Below are positions 19,656-27,692 of a DNA stretch of 32,000 nt, one piece after another (positions within the stretch are counted from its first letter, which is position 1; every line of letters begins with the position of its first letter). Made by a program: the position numbers and the translations under genes. The notes under the pieces were generated by a model that worked only from the letters and a program-made list of their open reading frames with translations, searched no databases and had not been told where the DNA came from. The DNA comes from Candidatus Omnitrophota bacterium (lineage in GTDB: Bacteria; Omnitrophota; Gorgyraeia; Zapsychrales; JANLHA01), in the NCBI GenBank assembly GCA_963662715.1, contig OY759724.1, positions 360,001 through 392,000 on the forward strand, written 5' to 3'.

Positions 19656-20849
19656 TTACTCATAACGCAGGGCTTCCACAGGCTGCAATTTGGCCGCCTT
19701 CGCTGACGGATAAATCGAGGCAAAATAACTGATCAGCTGGGCCGCCACAACAATCGCGAGAATATCAAAAAGCTGCAGCTCCACCGGGACATGATCAATA
19801 GAATAAATATCGGCCGGCACCTTGATGTACGTCCGCAAAATATAGCTCACGGCACATCCACCCACGAGCCCTAAAAAAGTGCCTGTCGTGCCGATATAAA
19901 CCCCCATTTTCGTGAATATCTGCCGGATACTCTTCTTAGGAACACCGATGGACTGCAAAATACCGATATCATGAATCTTGCTCATCACGGTCACAATGAG
20001 CGTACTGATAATATTAAACGACGCCACCAGGACCATTAAAGTGAGAACAATGAAAAGGCCCCATTTCTCAAGGAAAAGCGCCTCAAAAAGGTTGCGGTTC
20101 AGATCAATCCAGGTCTTCACAATAAAACTATAGCCGAGCTTTTCATAAATCGCTTTTTGCACCTCTTCTGCCTTATGAGGGTTGTCCAGTCTGAGCCCGA
20201 GCCCGCTGATCTTATTTTCCGGGAAATTAAAAATCGTCTGAGCCTTTTTTAAATGCACCAGGACCAGGTTCATATCATAATCCACCATACCCGTATCAAA
20301 AATCCCGGCAATCGTCAGCTCATATTTCCAGCCCTGTCCGGCGATACCTGACCCCGGGGCGATCAGGCTCAATTTATCACCGATAGAATACCCCGCGTAC
20401 CGGGCCAGTTCGCGGCCGATAATAATCCCGTCCTCGTTCAGCTGGGACAAACGCCCCTCTTTCAAATACTCTTCAACTTTTGTGACCTGCCCTTCGTTCT
20501 CGGGAGAGATGCCCCGGATAACAAGCCCGATAGCGTTGCCTTCCAGGTCGAGAAAAACATTTCCCTGGATATAAGGAGCAACCCCTTTAACCCCCTCAAT
20601 CGAAACCAGCCGGTCGATATATTGCTCGTAATTCTTGATCCCGGTTTCCCGCTCAACGGCAATGTGCGGGGATGACCCGATGATCTTTTCCCGCAGATTA
20701 TTGCCAAACCCTGTCATCACACCCGTGACCACGATCAAAGCCATCACGCCCAAAGCCACACCCGCAATAGAGATAAACGTCAAAAAGGAGAGGAATCCTC
20801 CCTTGCGGCGCATTAAATAGCGGTAACTGATCCAGCTGACATAATTCAT
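19656..20849 (-). CDS. lolE: Lipoprotein-releasing system permease, LolC/E family (single copy here)
   Basis: ISYRYLMRRKGGFLSFLTFISIAGVALGVMALIVVTGVMTGF N-terminus, a large loop between TM1 and TM2, and a C-terminal FtsX-type 3-TM bundle. 397 aa. Confidence 0.8.
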   Translation of the reverse strand: MNYVSWISYRYLMRRKGGFLSFLTFISIAGVALGVMALIVVTGVMTGFGNNLREKIIGSSPHIAVERETGIKNYEQYIDRLVSIEGVKGVAPYIQGNVFLDLEGNAIGLVIRGISPENEGQVTKVEEYLKEGRLSQLNEDGIIIGRELARYAGYSIGDKLSLIAPGSGIAGQGWKYELTIAGIFDTGMVDYDMNLVLVHLKKAQTIFNFPENKISGLGLRLDNPHKAEEVQKAIYEKLGYSFIVKTWIDLNRNLFEALFLEKWGLFIVLTLMVLVASFNIISTLIVTVMSKIHDIGILQSIGVPKKSIRQIFTKMGVYIGTTGTFLGLVGGCAVSYILRTYIKVPADIYSIDHVPVELQLFDILAIVVAAQLISYFASIYPSAKAAKLQPVEALRYE

Positions 20850-20892
20850 AATTTTAATAATCCTGTATTCTTATGCCCACGGCAGAGCCTGT

Positions 20893-22422
20893 TCAAGAAT
20901 CCTTTTCCAGAGCTCGATCCTGTTTTGCGCATTCTTCTCCGCCGGATTCTCCGGGTTCCTTTTCTGCGCAGGCGACAGGCTTCAGCAGCGGGAACAAGAT
21001 AACGTCTCTGATCGAGGGCGCGTCCGTTAAAAGCATCACCAGCCGGTCCACGCCGATACCCAGCCCTCCGGCCGGCGGCATACCGTACTCAAGAGCTTGA
21101 ATGAAATCATCATCGATACACCGCAGTCCTGTTTCGACATCATCGTCCAAATCCGCCAGTAATCTTCTCTTCTGTTCCTGGGGATCATTCAGCTCGGAAT
21201 AGGCGTTCCCAACCTCCAGGCCGGCGATAAAACATTCAAACCGCTGGGATATTTCCGGCTTGTCAGGACATGTCTTGGCCAAAGGACAAAGAAACGTAAA
21301 GTAATCCGTAAAAAACACCGGATTCATGGTCGCATCTTCTTCCAGGAGATCTTCCACAATCTTCATAACCGCGGAACGGGTCAGGACCTGAATCTTGAGT
21401 TTATCGCCTTTGACGGTTTTGACTTTCTCCAGCATCGTCTGGGCGTCGTCTTTGGGGTCAATGTCAAACTTCTTCTTAACGATGTCAGCGAAGGACCGTC
21501 TTTCCCACGGTGGGGTAAAATCAATATCTTTGCCCTGATAGACGATGCGGTAGGACCCGCAGACTTCTTTGACCAGACCGGACACCAAGTCCTCCATCAA
21601 GGCCATCATGTCGGTATAATCAGCGTAAGACTGATAGACTTCCAGCATCGTAAACTCCGGGTTATGACGGGTCGAAATCCCTTCATTGCGGAAATTGCGG
21701 TTTATTTCGTAGACACGCTCCAGGCCGCCGACCAGCAAACGCTTCAAATAAAGCTCCGGGGCGATTCGCAAAAACACTTCCATATCATAAGTGTTGTGCT
21801 TGCTTTTAAAAGGGCGCCCACGCGCTCCTCCGGCGAGAGGCTGCAGCATCGGGGTTTCCACTTCCAGGAATCCGCGCTGATCCAGATAAGCCCGGATAAA
21901 ACTGACGATGAAACTCCTTTTAATAAACAGTTCGCGTACAGGCTGGTTGACGATGAGATCGACATACCTTTGCCGATAGCGTATCTCGGTATCTTTTAAC
22001 CCGTGCCATTTCTCCGGCAGGGACATAATGGATTTGGATAAAACCGTCAAGGTTTTAATTCGGACGCTTTTTTCTCCGGTTTTTGTAAGAAACAGCGTTC
22101 CGGTAACTCCGATGATATCCCCGATATCCAACAGCTTGGCGACTTCAAATGCCTCCGGGCCGATATGATCCGCCTTGACAAAAAGCTGGATCTTTCCGCT
22201 CTGATCCATCAGGTCCGCGAACATGACTTTTCCATGCTTGCGTTTGGCCATAAGACGTCCTGCTAAAAGAACGTCCTTCTCCTCGGTAAAACTATCCAGA
22301 ACAGGCTGGATTTTCTGGACTGCCGCAAACCGCTCTCCATAAGGGACGACTTTTAACTCATTCATTTTATTAAGCTTGTCAATTCTTACCTTTTTGATCT
22401 CTTCAATTTCCATGACAGACAT
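20893..22422 (-). CDS. lysS: Lysine--tRNA ligase, class II
   Basis: OB-fold N-domain, motif 2 FRNEGISTRHNPEFTMLE and motif 3 GGLGIGVDRLVML. Carries a ~30-aa acidic, Cys-containing C-terminal tail. A second in-frame ATG lies at codon 4. Confidence 0.95.
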   Translation of the reverse strand: MSVMEIEEIKKVRIDKLNKMNELKVVPYGERFAAVQKIQPVLDSFTEEKDVLLAGRLMAKRKHGKVMFADLMDQSGKIQLFVKADHIGPEAFEVAKLLDIGDIIGVTGTLFLTKTGEKSVRIKTLTVLSKSIMSLPEKWHGLKDTEIRYRQRYVDLIVNQPVRELFIKRSFIVSFIRAYLDQRGFLEVETPMLQPLAGGARGRPFKSKHNTYDMEVFLRIAPELYLKRLLVGGLERVYEINRNFRNEGISTRHNPEFTMLEVYQSYADYTDMMALMEDLVSGLVKEVCGSYRIVYQGKDIDFTPPWERRSFADIVKKKFDIDPKDDAQTMLEKVKTVKGDKLKIQVLTRSAVMKIVEDLLEEDATMNPVFFTDYFTFLCPLAKTCPDKPEISQRFECFIAGLEVGNAYSELNDPQEQKRRLLADLDDDVETGLRCIDDDFIQALEYGMPPAGGLGIGVDRLVMLLTDAPSIRDVILFPLLKPVACAEKEPGESGGEECAKQDRALEKDS

Positions 22423-22448
22423 GCCCTTTCTTTATAAATAATATGAAA

Positions 22449-22477
22449 ATTATATAGAAAATAAATATCAGTGTCAA
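22449..22477 (-). promoter_or_regulatory. Consensus sigma-70-type promoter for lysS (TTGACA-17 nt-TATAAT)
   Basis: The minus strand reads TTGACA (22477-22472), a 17-nt spacer, then TATAAT (22454-22449). It lies 26 nt upstream of the lysS ATG, after the longest spacer in the window. Confidence 0.55.
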
Positions 22478-22639
22478 TCAAAAGGCTCGAATACCTGAGG
22501 GCCTTGATGTCTCCAACAGTCCTTAACCTTGCGGGAGCAAAAAAATGCTCCAGGACCAAAAGAGGGAACCTTAAAATGATCTTCAGAATATCTCTTAGGC
22601 GCCCGGACAGAATTGAGCCTAAAGAATCAACGGGAAGAA

Positions 22640-23458
22640 TTATGGGGTCGCTACGATACAGACTTCCGATTTATTGGCTAATTGAACGGTTTTCAATTGA
22701 TCAATAATGATGGTTTTATGCGCTTCCACAGCCAAGCATTTTGCTTTAACCTGGCTCATGTGCTTGATCGTTCTGGGGCCGATAACAGGCACATCAAAAC
22801 GGAAATCCTGTTCGGGCTTGCTCATTTTAACGACAACGGCCCCCTCTTTTGCGATCCGCCCGCCCCTGAGGATGCACTGATCGGTGCCTTCCATGGCCTC
22901 TATGGCGACAATGGCTTTATCTTTGATAACGACCGTCTGCCCGACGTCCAATCCCCCCATGGATTTGGCAATATTTTTTCCGAAAGAAATATCATCCAGC
23001 TCATTCAGGGTCGGGCCTCTGCGCGTTAACGTCCCCTTCGGGGCCAGATATTTCTTCAACAAAAATGTTGAATCCATCAGTTCCAGTCCTTTCTGATGGA
23101 GTTTCTCCGCCACGGCAGAAAAAATCGTATCCGCTTTTCTGTCATGAATGGCCTGGAATATCTCCTGGAACTCCTGATCCAACTGGAGGCTCGAATCGAA
23201 CAGATTCTTCGGATGAACTTGTCCGGCCATAATAATGTTTTTGACTCCCTGGGCCACAAAATAATCAAATAAAGCCGCTAATTGGCCGGCGTGAAACCAC
23301 TGCAGTTTCGAAACCAGAAAGGGCAGAAGCCACGTGGTGTCTCCCTTGATGCCTGCCGCAATCACTTCAATATCCTGATCCCTGGCCGCCCGGGCAAAAA
23401 GCAACGGGAAACGGCCGTTACCGGCAATAAGTCCTATTTTATGAATTTTATCTGGCAT
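22640..23458 (-). CDS. lpxI: UDP-2,3-diacylglucosamine pyrophosphatase LpxI (DUF1009 family)
   Basis: IGLIAGNGRFPLLFA N-terminus and AIEAMEGTDQCILRGG...VVVKMSKPEQDFRFDVPVIGPRTI C-terminal domain are typical of LpxI. Sits directly after lpxA. Confidence 0.8.
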   Translation of the reverse strand: MPDKIHKIGLIAGNGRFPLLFARAARDQDIEVIAAGIKGDTTWLLPFLVSKLQWFHAGQLAALFDYFVAQGVKNIIMAGQVHPKNLFDSSLQLDQEFQEIFQAIHDRKADTIFSAVAEKLHQKGLELMDSTFLLKKYLAPKGTLTRRGPTLNELDDISFGKNIAKSMGGLDVGQTVVIKDKAIVAIEAMEGTDQCILRGGRIAKEGAVVVKMSKPEQDFRFDVPVIGPRTIKHMSQVKAKCLAVEAHKTIIIDQLKTVQLANKSEVCIVATP

Positions 23459-23525
23459 GAAAAAAGCGTTAATTAGATGACACGCGTTCTCTTTTCGCTT
23501 GCGAGAGACAATACCCGTCTGTTCT

Positions 23526-24311
23526 TCAACTGCACAATCCGCGTTTTGTCGTCTTGGCGAAAAAAATCAAGTGTTCCAGCTCCGGTGAAGGCGGAAAATC
23601 TTTCTCAATTTGTTCGATCGCGTGTGTCTTCGTTAACCCGGAGCGAAAAAGGCATTTGAACACTTTCTTCAAGACTTTAATCACATCAGGAGAGACATTA
23701 GCCCGTCTTAAACCGACAAGGTTAACATTAAAAACTCTGGCTGGATGACCGTCACACATAGAAAACGGGGGGATATCCTGGACAACCTTTGAGCATCCGC
23801 CGATGATAGAAAGGCGTCCCAGGCGGACGAATTGATGCACAGCACTTAAACCGCCGACGACAGCGTTATCTTCCAACGTGACATGCCCGGCCAAAGTCCC
23901 GGCGTTGGCCATGACACAGTTATTACCCACCACACAGTCATGGGCCACGTGTGAGTAGGCCATAAACAAATTGTTGTTTCCGATAATCGTTTGTCCGCCC
24001 CCCTCGACTGTCCCGGGGTTAATCGTCACATACTCACGGATCGTGTTATTATTGCCTATAAGCAAGGAGACATCATCGGTGTCCTTAAATTTCTTATCCT
24101 GCGGAGGACTTCCCACCACGGCACCGGAAAAAACATGGCACTCCTGGCCGATGGTTGTTTGCCCGTCCAAAATAGCATGAGCCTCTATTCTGGTTCTGTC
24201 CCCCACGACAACTTTCGGGCCAATGACAACATATGGCCCGACGGAAACATCTTCTCCTATTTTAGCATTCGGATGAATAACAGCTGTTTTATGCACCTTT
24301 GTATGATCCAT
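23526..24311 (-). CDS. lpxA: Acyl-ACP--UDP-N-acetylglucosamine O-acyltransferase
   Basis: Hexapeptide-repeat beta-helix throughout, a helical C-terminal domain (NLVGLRRANVSPDVIKVLKKVFKCLF), and lipid A cluster context. 261 aa. Confidence 0.9.
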   Translation of the reverse strand: MDHTKVHKTAVIHPNAKIGEDVSVGPYVVIGPKVVVGDRTRIEAHAILDGQTTIGQECHVFSGAVVGSPPQDKKFKDTDDVSLLIGNNNTIREYVTINPGTVEGGGQTIIGNNNLFMAYSHVAHDCVVGNNCVMANAGTLAGHVTLEDNAVVGGLSAVHQFVRLGRLSIIGGCSKVVQDIPPFSMCDGHPARVFNVNLVGLRRANVSPDVIKVLKKVFKCLFRSGLTKTHAIEQIEKDFPPSPELEHLIFFAKTTKRGLCS

Positions 24312-24471
24312 ACCTTTAATAACCTATTCCGTATTTCATGAGTTAAACCTAAAAATTTTTACTCACATGCATTGTTTATCTTAAAGCACCGGCCTCACAC
24401 TTCGCAGGCCTCCAAGCTTCCCCAAATCTATCGCACAAAGTCAAATCCACCTTTTTATAATAAAGCTTAAT

Positions 24472-25830
24472 TCAGGACACTGCTCCGGCAAGAAGAAACT
24501 TCTCATCCAAGAATGAAAAAATCATCTCTGCTTCCGCAACAACTTCACTCCCGACTTTTGTGACACCGCGTAAAGCAGCCGTTCGGGAACGGTCTCTGAT
24601 AACCTCAATTTCCATGCGGAGCTGGTCCCCCGGATTCACAAGCTTACGAAATTTAACTTTGTCTGTCGCCATAAACAAGGCGACTTTGCCGCGGTGCATC
24701 TCGTTGGTCATCATCAAGATACCCCCGACCTGGGCCATGGCTTCGATCATCAGAACACCCGGCATAACAGGACGGGTCGGAAAATGCCCCGTGAAGAAAT
24801 TATCGTTGATAGTCACATTTTTGATGCCGACGGCCCGCCGGCCGCTCTGCAGTTCGACAATACGGTCGACCAGCAGGAAAGGATACCGGTGCGGGAGGAT
24901 TTTTAAAATAGCCTGGATATCCAGTTCTGACTGAGAGCCGAATTGCGTCAACGGGGCCGCGCCCCCTGTTTTGGCGTACCTGATATGCTGCTTACTGATC
25001 TTCCGGAGCAATTCCACGTTCAGGGTATGGCCGCTGCGCATCGCAAAAACATGCCCCTTGACGGGCCTCCCGAGAAGATACAAGTCGCCGATCAAATCCA
25101 GGACTTTATGCCTGGCGAATTCGTCCTGAAAACGCACCTCGTTCTGAATAACACCTTTCTTCCCCACGACAAGGGTATTATCATAGTTGGCCCCTTTCCC
25201 CAAGCCGCTCGCCTGCAGTTCAGAGGCCTCATCCTCCAGACAAAATGTGCGCGACGGGGCGATATCCTTCTCAAACGTATCGCGGTTGATCACCCTGCTG
25301 AAAAACTGCGCCTGTAAAAGAGGATGATCATAATTAAGCGCGTAGGAAATTTTCAGTTCATCGGCCGGAACGATTAAAATGGAAGCCCCGTTATTGCTAA
25401 CGTTCAAAGGTTCTTTTACTGCAATATACTCCCGCGGCTCCTCTTGGACATCGACTCCGACACGTTTAATCTCTTCCAAGAAGTCAATGCCACTGCCGTC
25501 TAGGCCGGGCAATTCATTCCCGTTGATCTCAATCAAAATATTATCGATTTCATAACCGAACAACGCGGCCATGAAATGCTCCACCGTGTGTATGACAACA
25601 TCATTTCTCCGGATGGACGTGCACCGCGGCACCGTATTATCGATAAACACATTTTCCAGGGCCGGCAGAATCACCGGCTGTCCCGGCAAATCCGTGCGTT
25701 TAAACATGATCCCGCTATTAACGTCGGCAGGCCGGAGACGGGCCTTCACGTGATTTCCCGTATGCAGCCCTCGCCCCTCTAAAACAATCTCGTTTTTAAG
25801 TGTCTTCTGTTTTGGACTCATTCTGATCAT
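24472..25830 (-). CDS. lpxC/fabZ: Bifunctional UDP-3-O-acyl-N-acetylglucosamine deacetylase / 3-hydroxyacyl-ACP dehydratase (LpxC-FabZ fusion)
   Basis: N-terminal half is LpxC (TLKNEIVLEGRGLHTGNHV, HTVEHFMAAL, FARHKVLDLIGDL). C-terminal ~150 aa is FabZ (ILPHRYPFLLVDRI, GHFPTRPVMPGVLMIEAMAQVGG). One uninterrupted frame. The start is probably ATG 25830 or 25821. The ORF-track start at 25887 is a GTG deep inside lpxD. Confidence 0.9.
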   Translation of the reverse strand: MIRMSPKQKTLKNEIVLEGRGLHTGNHVKARLRPADVNSGIMFKRTDLPGQPVILPALENVFIDNTVPRCTSIRRNDVVIHTVEHFMAALFGYEIDNILIEINGNELPGLDGSGIDFLEEIKRVGVDVQEEPREYIAVKEPLNVSNNGASILIVPADELKISYALNYDHPLLQAQFFSRVINRDTFEKDIAPSRTFCLEDEASELQASGLGKGANYDNTLVVGKKGVIQNEVRFQDEFARHKVLDLIGDLYLLGRPVKGHVFAMRSGHTLNVELLRKISKQHIRYAKTGGAAPLTQFGSQSELDIQAILKILPHRYPFLLVDRIVELQSGRRAVGIKNVTINDNFFTGHFPTRPVMPGVLMIEAMAQVGGILMMTNEMHRGKVALFMATDKVKFRKLVNPGDQLRMEIEVIRDRSRTAALRGVTKVGSEVVAEAEMIFSFLDEKFLLAGAVS

Positions 25831-26899
25831 CTCTTGATGGACATTCCTTCCCTTCCTTTCGTTCGGACAGGGAGAGAATCTGTTCACTTAATTTTTCAAT
25901 TTTATTCTGCAATTCATTTATTCTTTTAATATAAACCGGCAAACGCTGCACATAGGCATTGATACGCTTTGCCGTTTGATGCGGCTTAGCGGGGTAACCG
26001 GAGACGACCGTATGAGGAGGGACAGAGCCCACAACACCCGCCTGGGCGGCGACAACGGCTCCTTCGCCGATTGTCAAATGCCCTGCCAGGCCGGCCTGTC
26101 CGGCCAACACAACACGATCCTCGATAATATCGCTTCCCGAGATGCCGACTTGAGCAATGATGATACAGTTTTCCCCGATACGGACATTATGCGCTATCTG
26201 GACGAGGTTATCAATCTTCGTCCCCTTACCGATGACCGTTTTATCAAACCGCGCCCTGTCTATTGTCACGTTGGAGCCGATTTCGACATCATCGCAAATT
26301 TCCACGATCCCTATTTGCGGGATCTTTTCATGCCGTCCCTCAATGTTCACAAAGCCAAAACCATCAGATCCGATGACTGTCCCGCAATGAATAATAACCC
26401 GATGCCCGATCACCACCCGCTCCCGGACAGAGACATGGGCATAAAGGCAGCAGTCCTGCCCTATAACGCTATGGTGTCCGATAAAGCAATGGCTGCCGAT
26501 TATTGTGTTGGCTTCGATCTTCACGCCGTTTTCCACGACAGCATAAGGTCCGATACTGACATTTCCTCCCAGAGAGACATCCTCGGCGATAATCGCCGTC
26601 GGATGAATCCCGGTCTGAACCTGAGGCTGTTCCGGGATAAACAGAGGAACGATCCTGGAAAAAGCCAGAGAAGGATTGGAGGTATGAATCAGAGTTTTAC
26701 CTTCTGCCTCAAACCCTTCCGGGCAGATAATCGCCGAAGCCTTGGTCTTGGCCACAAGTGAGGAATATTTCGAATTGGCAACGAACGTTATGTCTCCGGG
26801 CTGTGCTTCTTTAATACCCGAGAGACTTTTAATTTCAGTGTTTCCGTCTCCGGAAATTCTCCCTTGTATCTCTTCTGCTATTTCATATACTGTGATCAT
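25796..26899 (-). CDS. lpxD: UDP-3-O-acylglucosamine N-acyltransferase
   Basis: N-terminal uridine-binding domain (GDITFVANSKY), a long hexapeptide-repeat helix and a C-terminal helical arm. It is followed by a ~20-aa charged tail encoded in the region overlapping the lpxC::fabZ start. Confidence 0.9.
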   Translation of the reverse strand: MITVYEIAEEIQGRISGDGNTEIKSLSGIKEAQPGDITFVANSKYSSLVAKTKASAIICPEGFEAEGKTLIHTSNPSLAFSRIVPLFIPEQPQVQTGIHPTAIIAEDVSLGGNVSIGPYAVVENGVKIEANTIIGSHCFIGHHSVIGQDCCLYAHVSVRERVVIGHRVIIHCGTVIGSDGFGFVNIEGRHEKIPQIGIVEICDDVEIGSNVTIDRARFDKTVIGKGTKIDNLVQIAHNVRIGENCIIIAQVGISGSDIIEDRVVLAGQAGLAGHLTIGEGAVVAAQAGVVGSVPPHTVVSGYPAKPHQTAKRINAYVQRLPVYIKRINELQNKIEKLSEQILSLSERKEGKECPSRDDQNESKTEDT

Positions 26900-26951
26900 C
26901 TACGCCCCGTCAACCCACTTCGTCATTTTAATCAAACAAATGGAACCTTCC

Positions 26952-26978
26952 AAAACCCCTCGGCAGCATGCTGCGGGG
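26952..26978 (-). terminator. Terminator-like hairpin plus short U-run in the skp-lpxD spacer
   Basis: The minus-strand RNA reads CCCC-GCAG-CAUG-CUGC-CGA-GGGG followed by UUUU. It contains the perfect 12-nt palindrome GCAGCATGCTGC (26963-26974). The stem is interrupted by a 3-nt bulge and only four U follow, so strength is modest. Confidence 0.35.
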
Positions 26979-27079
26979 TATCCGGGCAGGGCTTGCAAGC
27001 CCTCTGAGTATTTTCAACCTAAACCCAGCAAGCTGGGCGTATTGACTCCCAGAGAATAAATACGCTGCGCCGCCCCGCA
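26952..27079 (-). promoter_or_regulatory. Structured GC-rich leader or spacer RNA candidate upstream of lpxD (four hairpins plus an enclosing 7-bp helix)
   Basis: Hairpins lie at 27037-27065 (GCGTATT/AATACGC), 27024-27037 (CCCAGC/GCTGGG), 26988-27003 (AGGGCTTGCAAGCCCT, perfect 16-nt palindrome) and 26956-26978. TGCGGGG (26972-26978) is exactly complementary to CCCCGCA (27073-27079). That long-range helix competes with the terminator-like hairpin. Confidence 0.35.
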
Positions 27080-27100
27080 CCCTATTTCTCAAAAACAACC

Positions 27101-27622
27101 CTATTCTTTGCCCTGATAGTTTTCATTAAGAATCGTCAGAACCTGCTCGGTAATATCAAGGGTCTCGTCACCGTAAATAAGAACACGGTCATTCAAGATC
27201 AGGTCGTATTTTTCTTTCTTGGCAAAATCGCTTACAGTTTTTTCAATCTCCAACAGTATTTCACGGATTTTTTCATCCCGTTGTTTGGCCAGATCCGTTC
27301 TCTTGGATTGATCAAATTCCAGGAGGTCTCTTTTCATGTCTTCTATCTCTGCCTGAAGTTTTTCCTTCTCCTCCGCCTTCATCAAAGCCAATTTACTCGT
27401 AGATTCCTGAATCTTCGTCAATTTCTGCTCCCGAATCTCCTCGTACCCTTTATGATCTTTTTCTAAAACAGCATCATACTCTTTTGTTTTTTCGTAACTG
27501 TCGAAAAGCTTACTCAAGTCCAAAAAGGCCACTTTACGTTCAATTCCCTGTGCTTGCGCAGACAAACTTAAAAAGAAAACACATGTCAAAGTTAGCACAA
27601 AATACTTTATCCTCTTCATCAT
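27101..27622 (-). CDS. skp: Periplasmic chaperone Skp/OmpH
   Basis: Signal peptide MMKRIKYFVLTLTCVFFLSLSAQA, a K/E-rich coiled-coil body, and position between bamA and lpxD. AAGGAGGT Shine-Dalgarno. Confidence 0.85.
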   Translation of the reverse strand: MMKRIKYFVLTLTCVFFLSLSAQAQGIERKVAFLDLSKLFDSYEKTKEYDAVLEKDHKGYEEIREQKLTKIQESTSKLALMKAEEKEKLQAEIEDMKRDLLEFDQSKRTDLAKQRDEKIREILLEIEKTVSDFAKKEKYDLILNDRVLIYGDETLDITEQVLTILNENYQGKE

Positions 27623-27692
27623 TTACCTCCTTAGTATTCCTGGTTCATGCCCAAAGATTAATACAGCTGTTGATATTAATTCTTTCGTCCTT

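Noticed and set aside
22483-22551. Possible tRNA or T-loop-like motif (GGCTCGAATACC) and an anticodon-arm-like hairpin (GGAGCA-N6-TGCTCC) in the lpxI-lysS spacer.
   Set aside because: There is no 7-bp acceptor stem. The loop is 6 nt rather than 7, the T-arm pairing is not canonical, and the spacing is incompatible with a cloverleaf.
26928-27080. 50-codon GTG-initiated ORF on the minus strand spanning the skp-lpxD spacer (VRGGAAYLFSGSQYAQLAGFRLKILRGLASPARIPRSMLPRGFGRFHLFD).
   Set aside because: It is Arg/Gly-rich and its openness is explained by the GC-rich palindromes it reads through. A GTG start directly abuts AGG, with no spacing for a ribosome site. The RNA-structure interpretation is more parsimonious. 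It cannot be fully excluded without conservation data.
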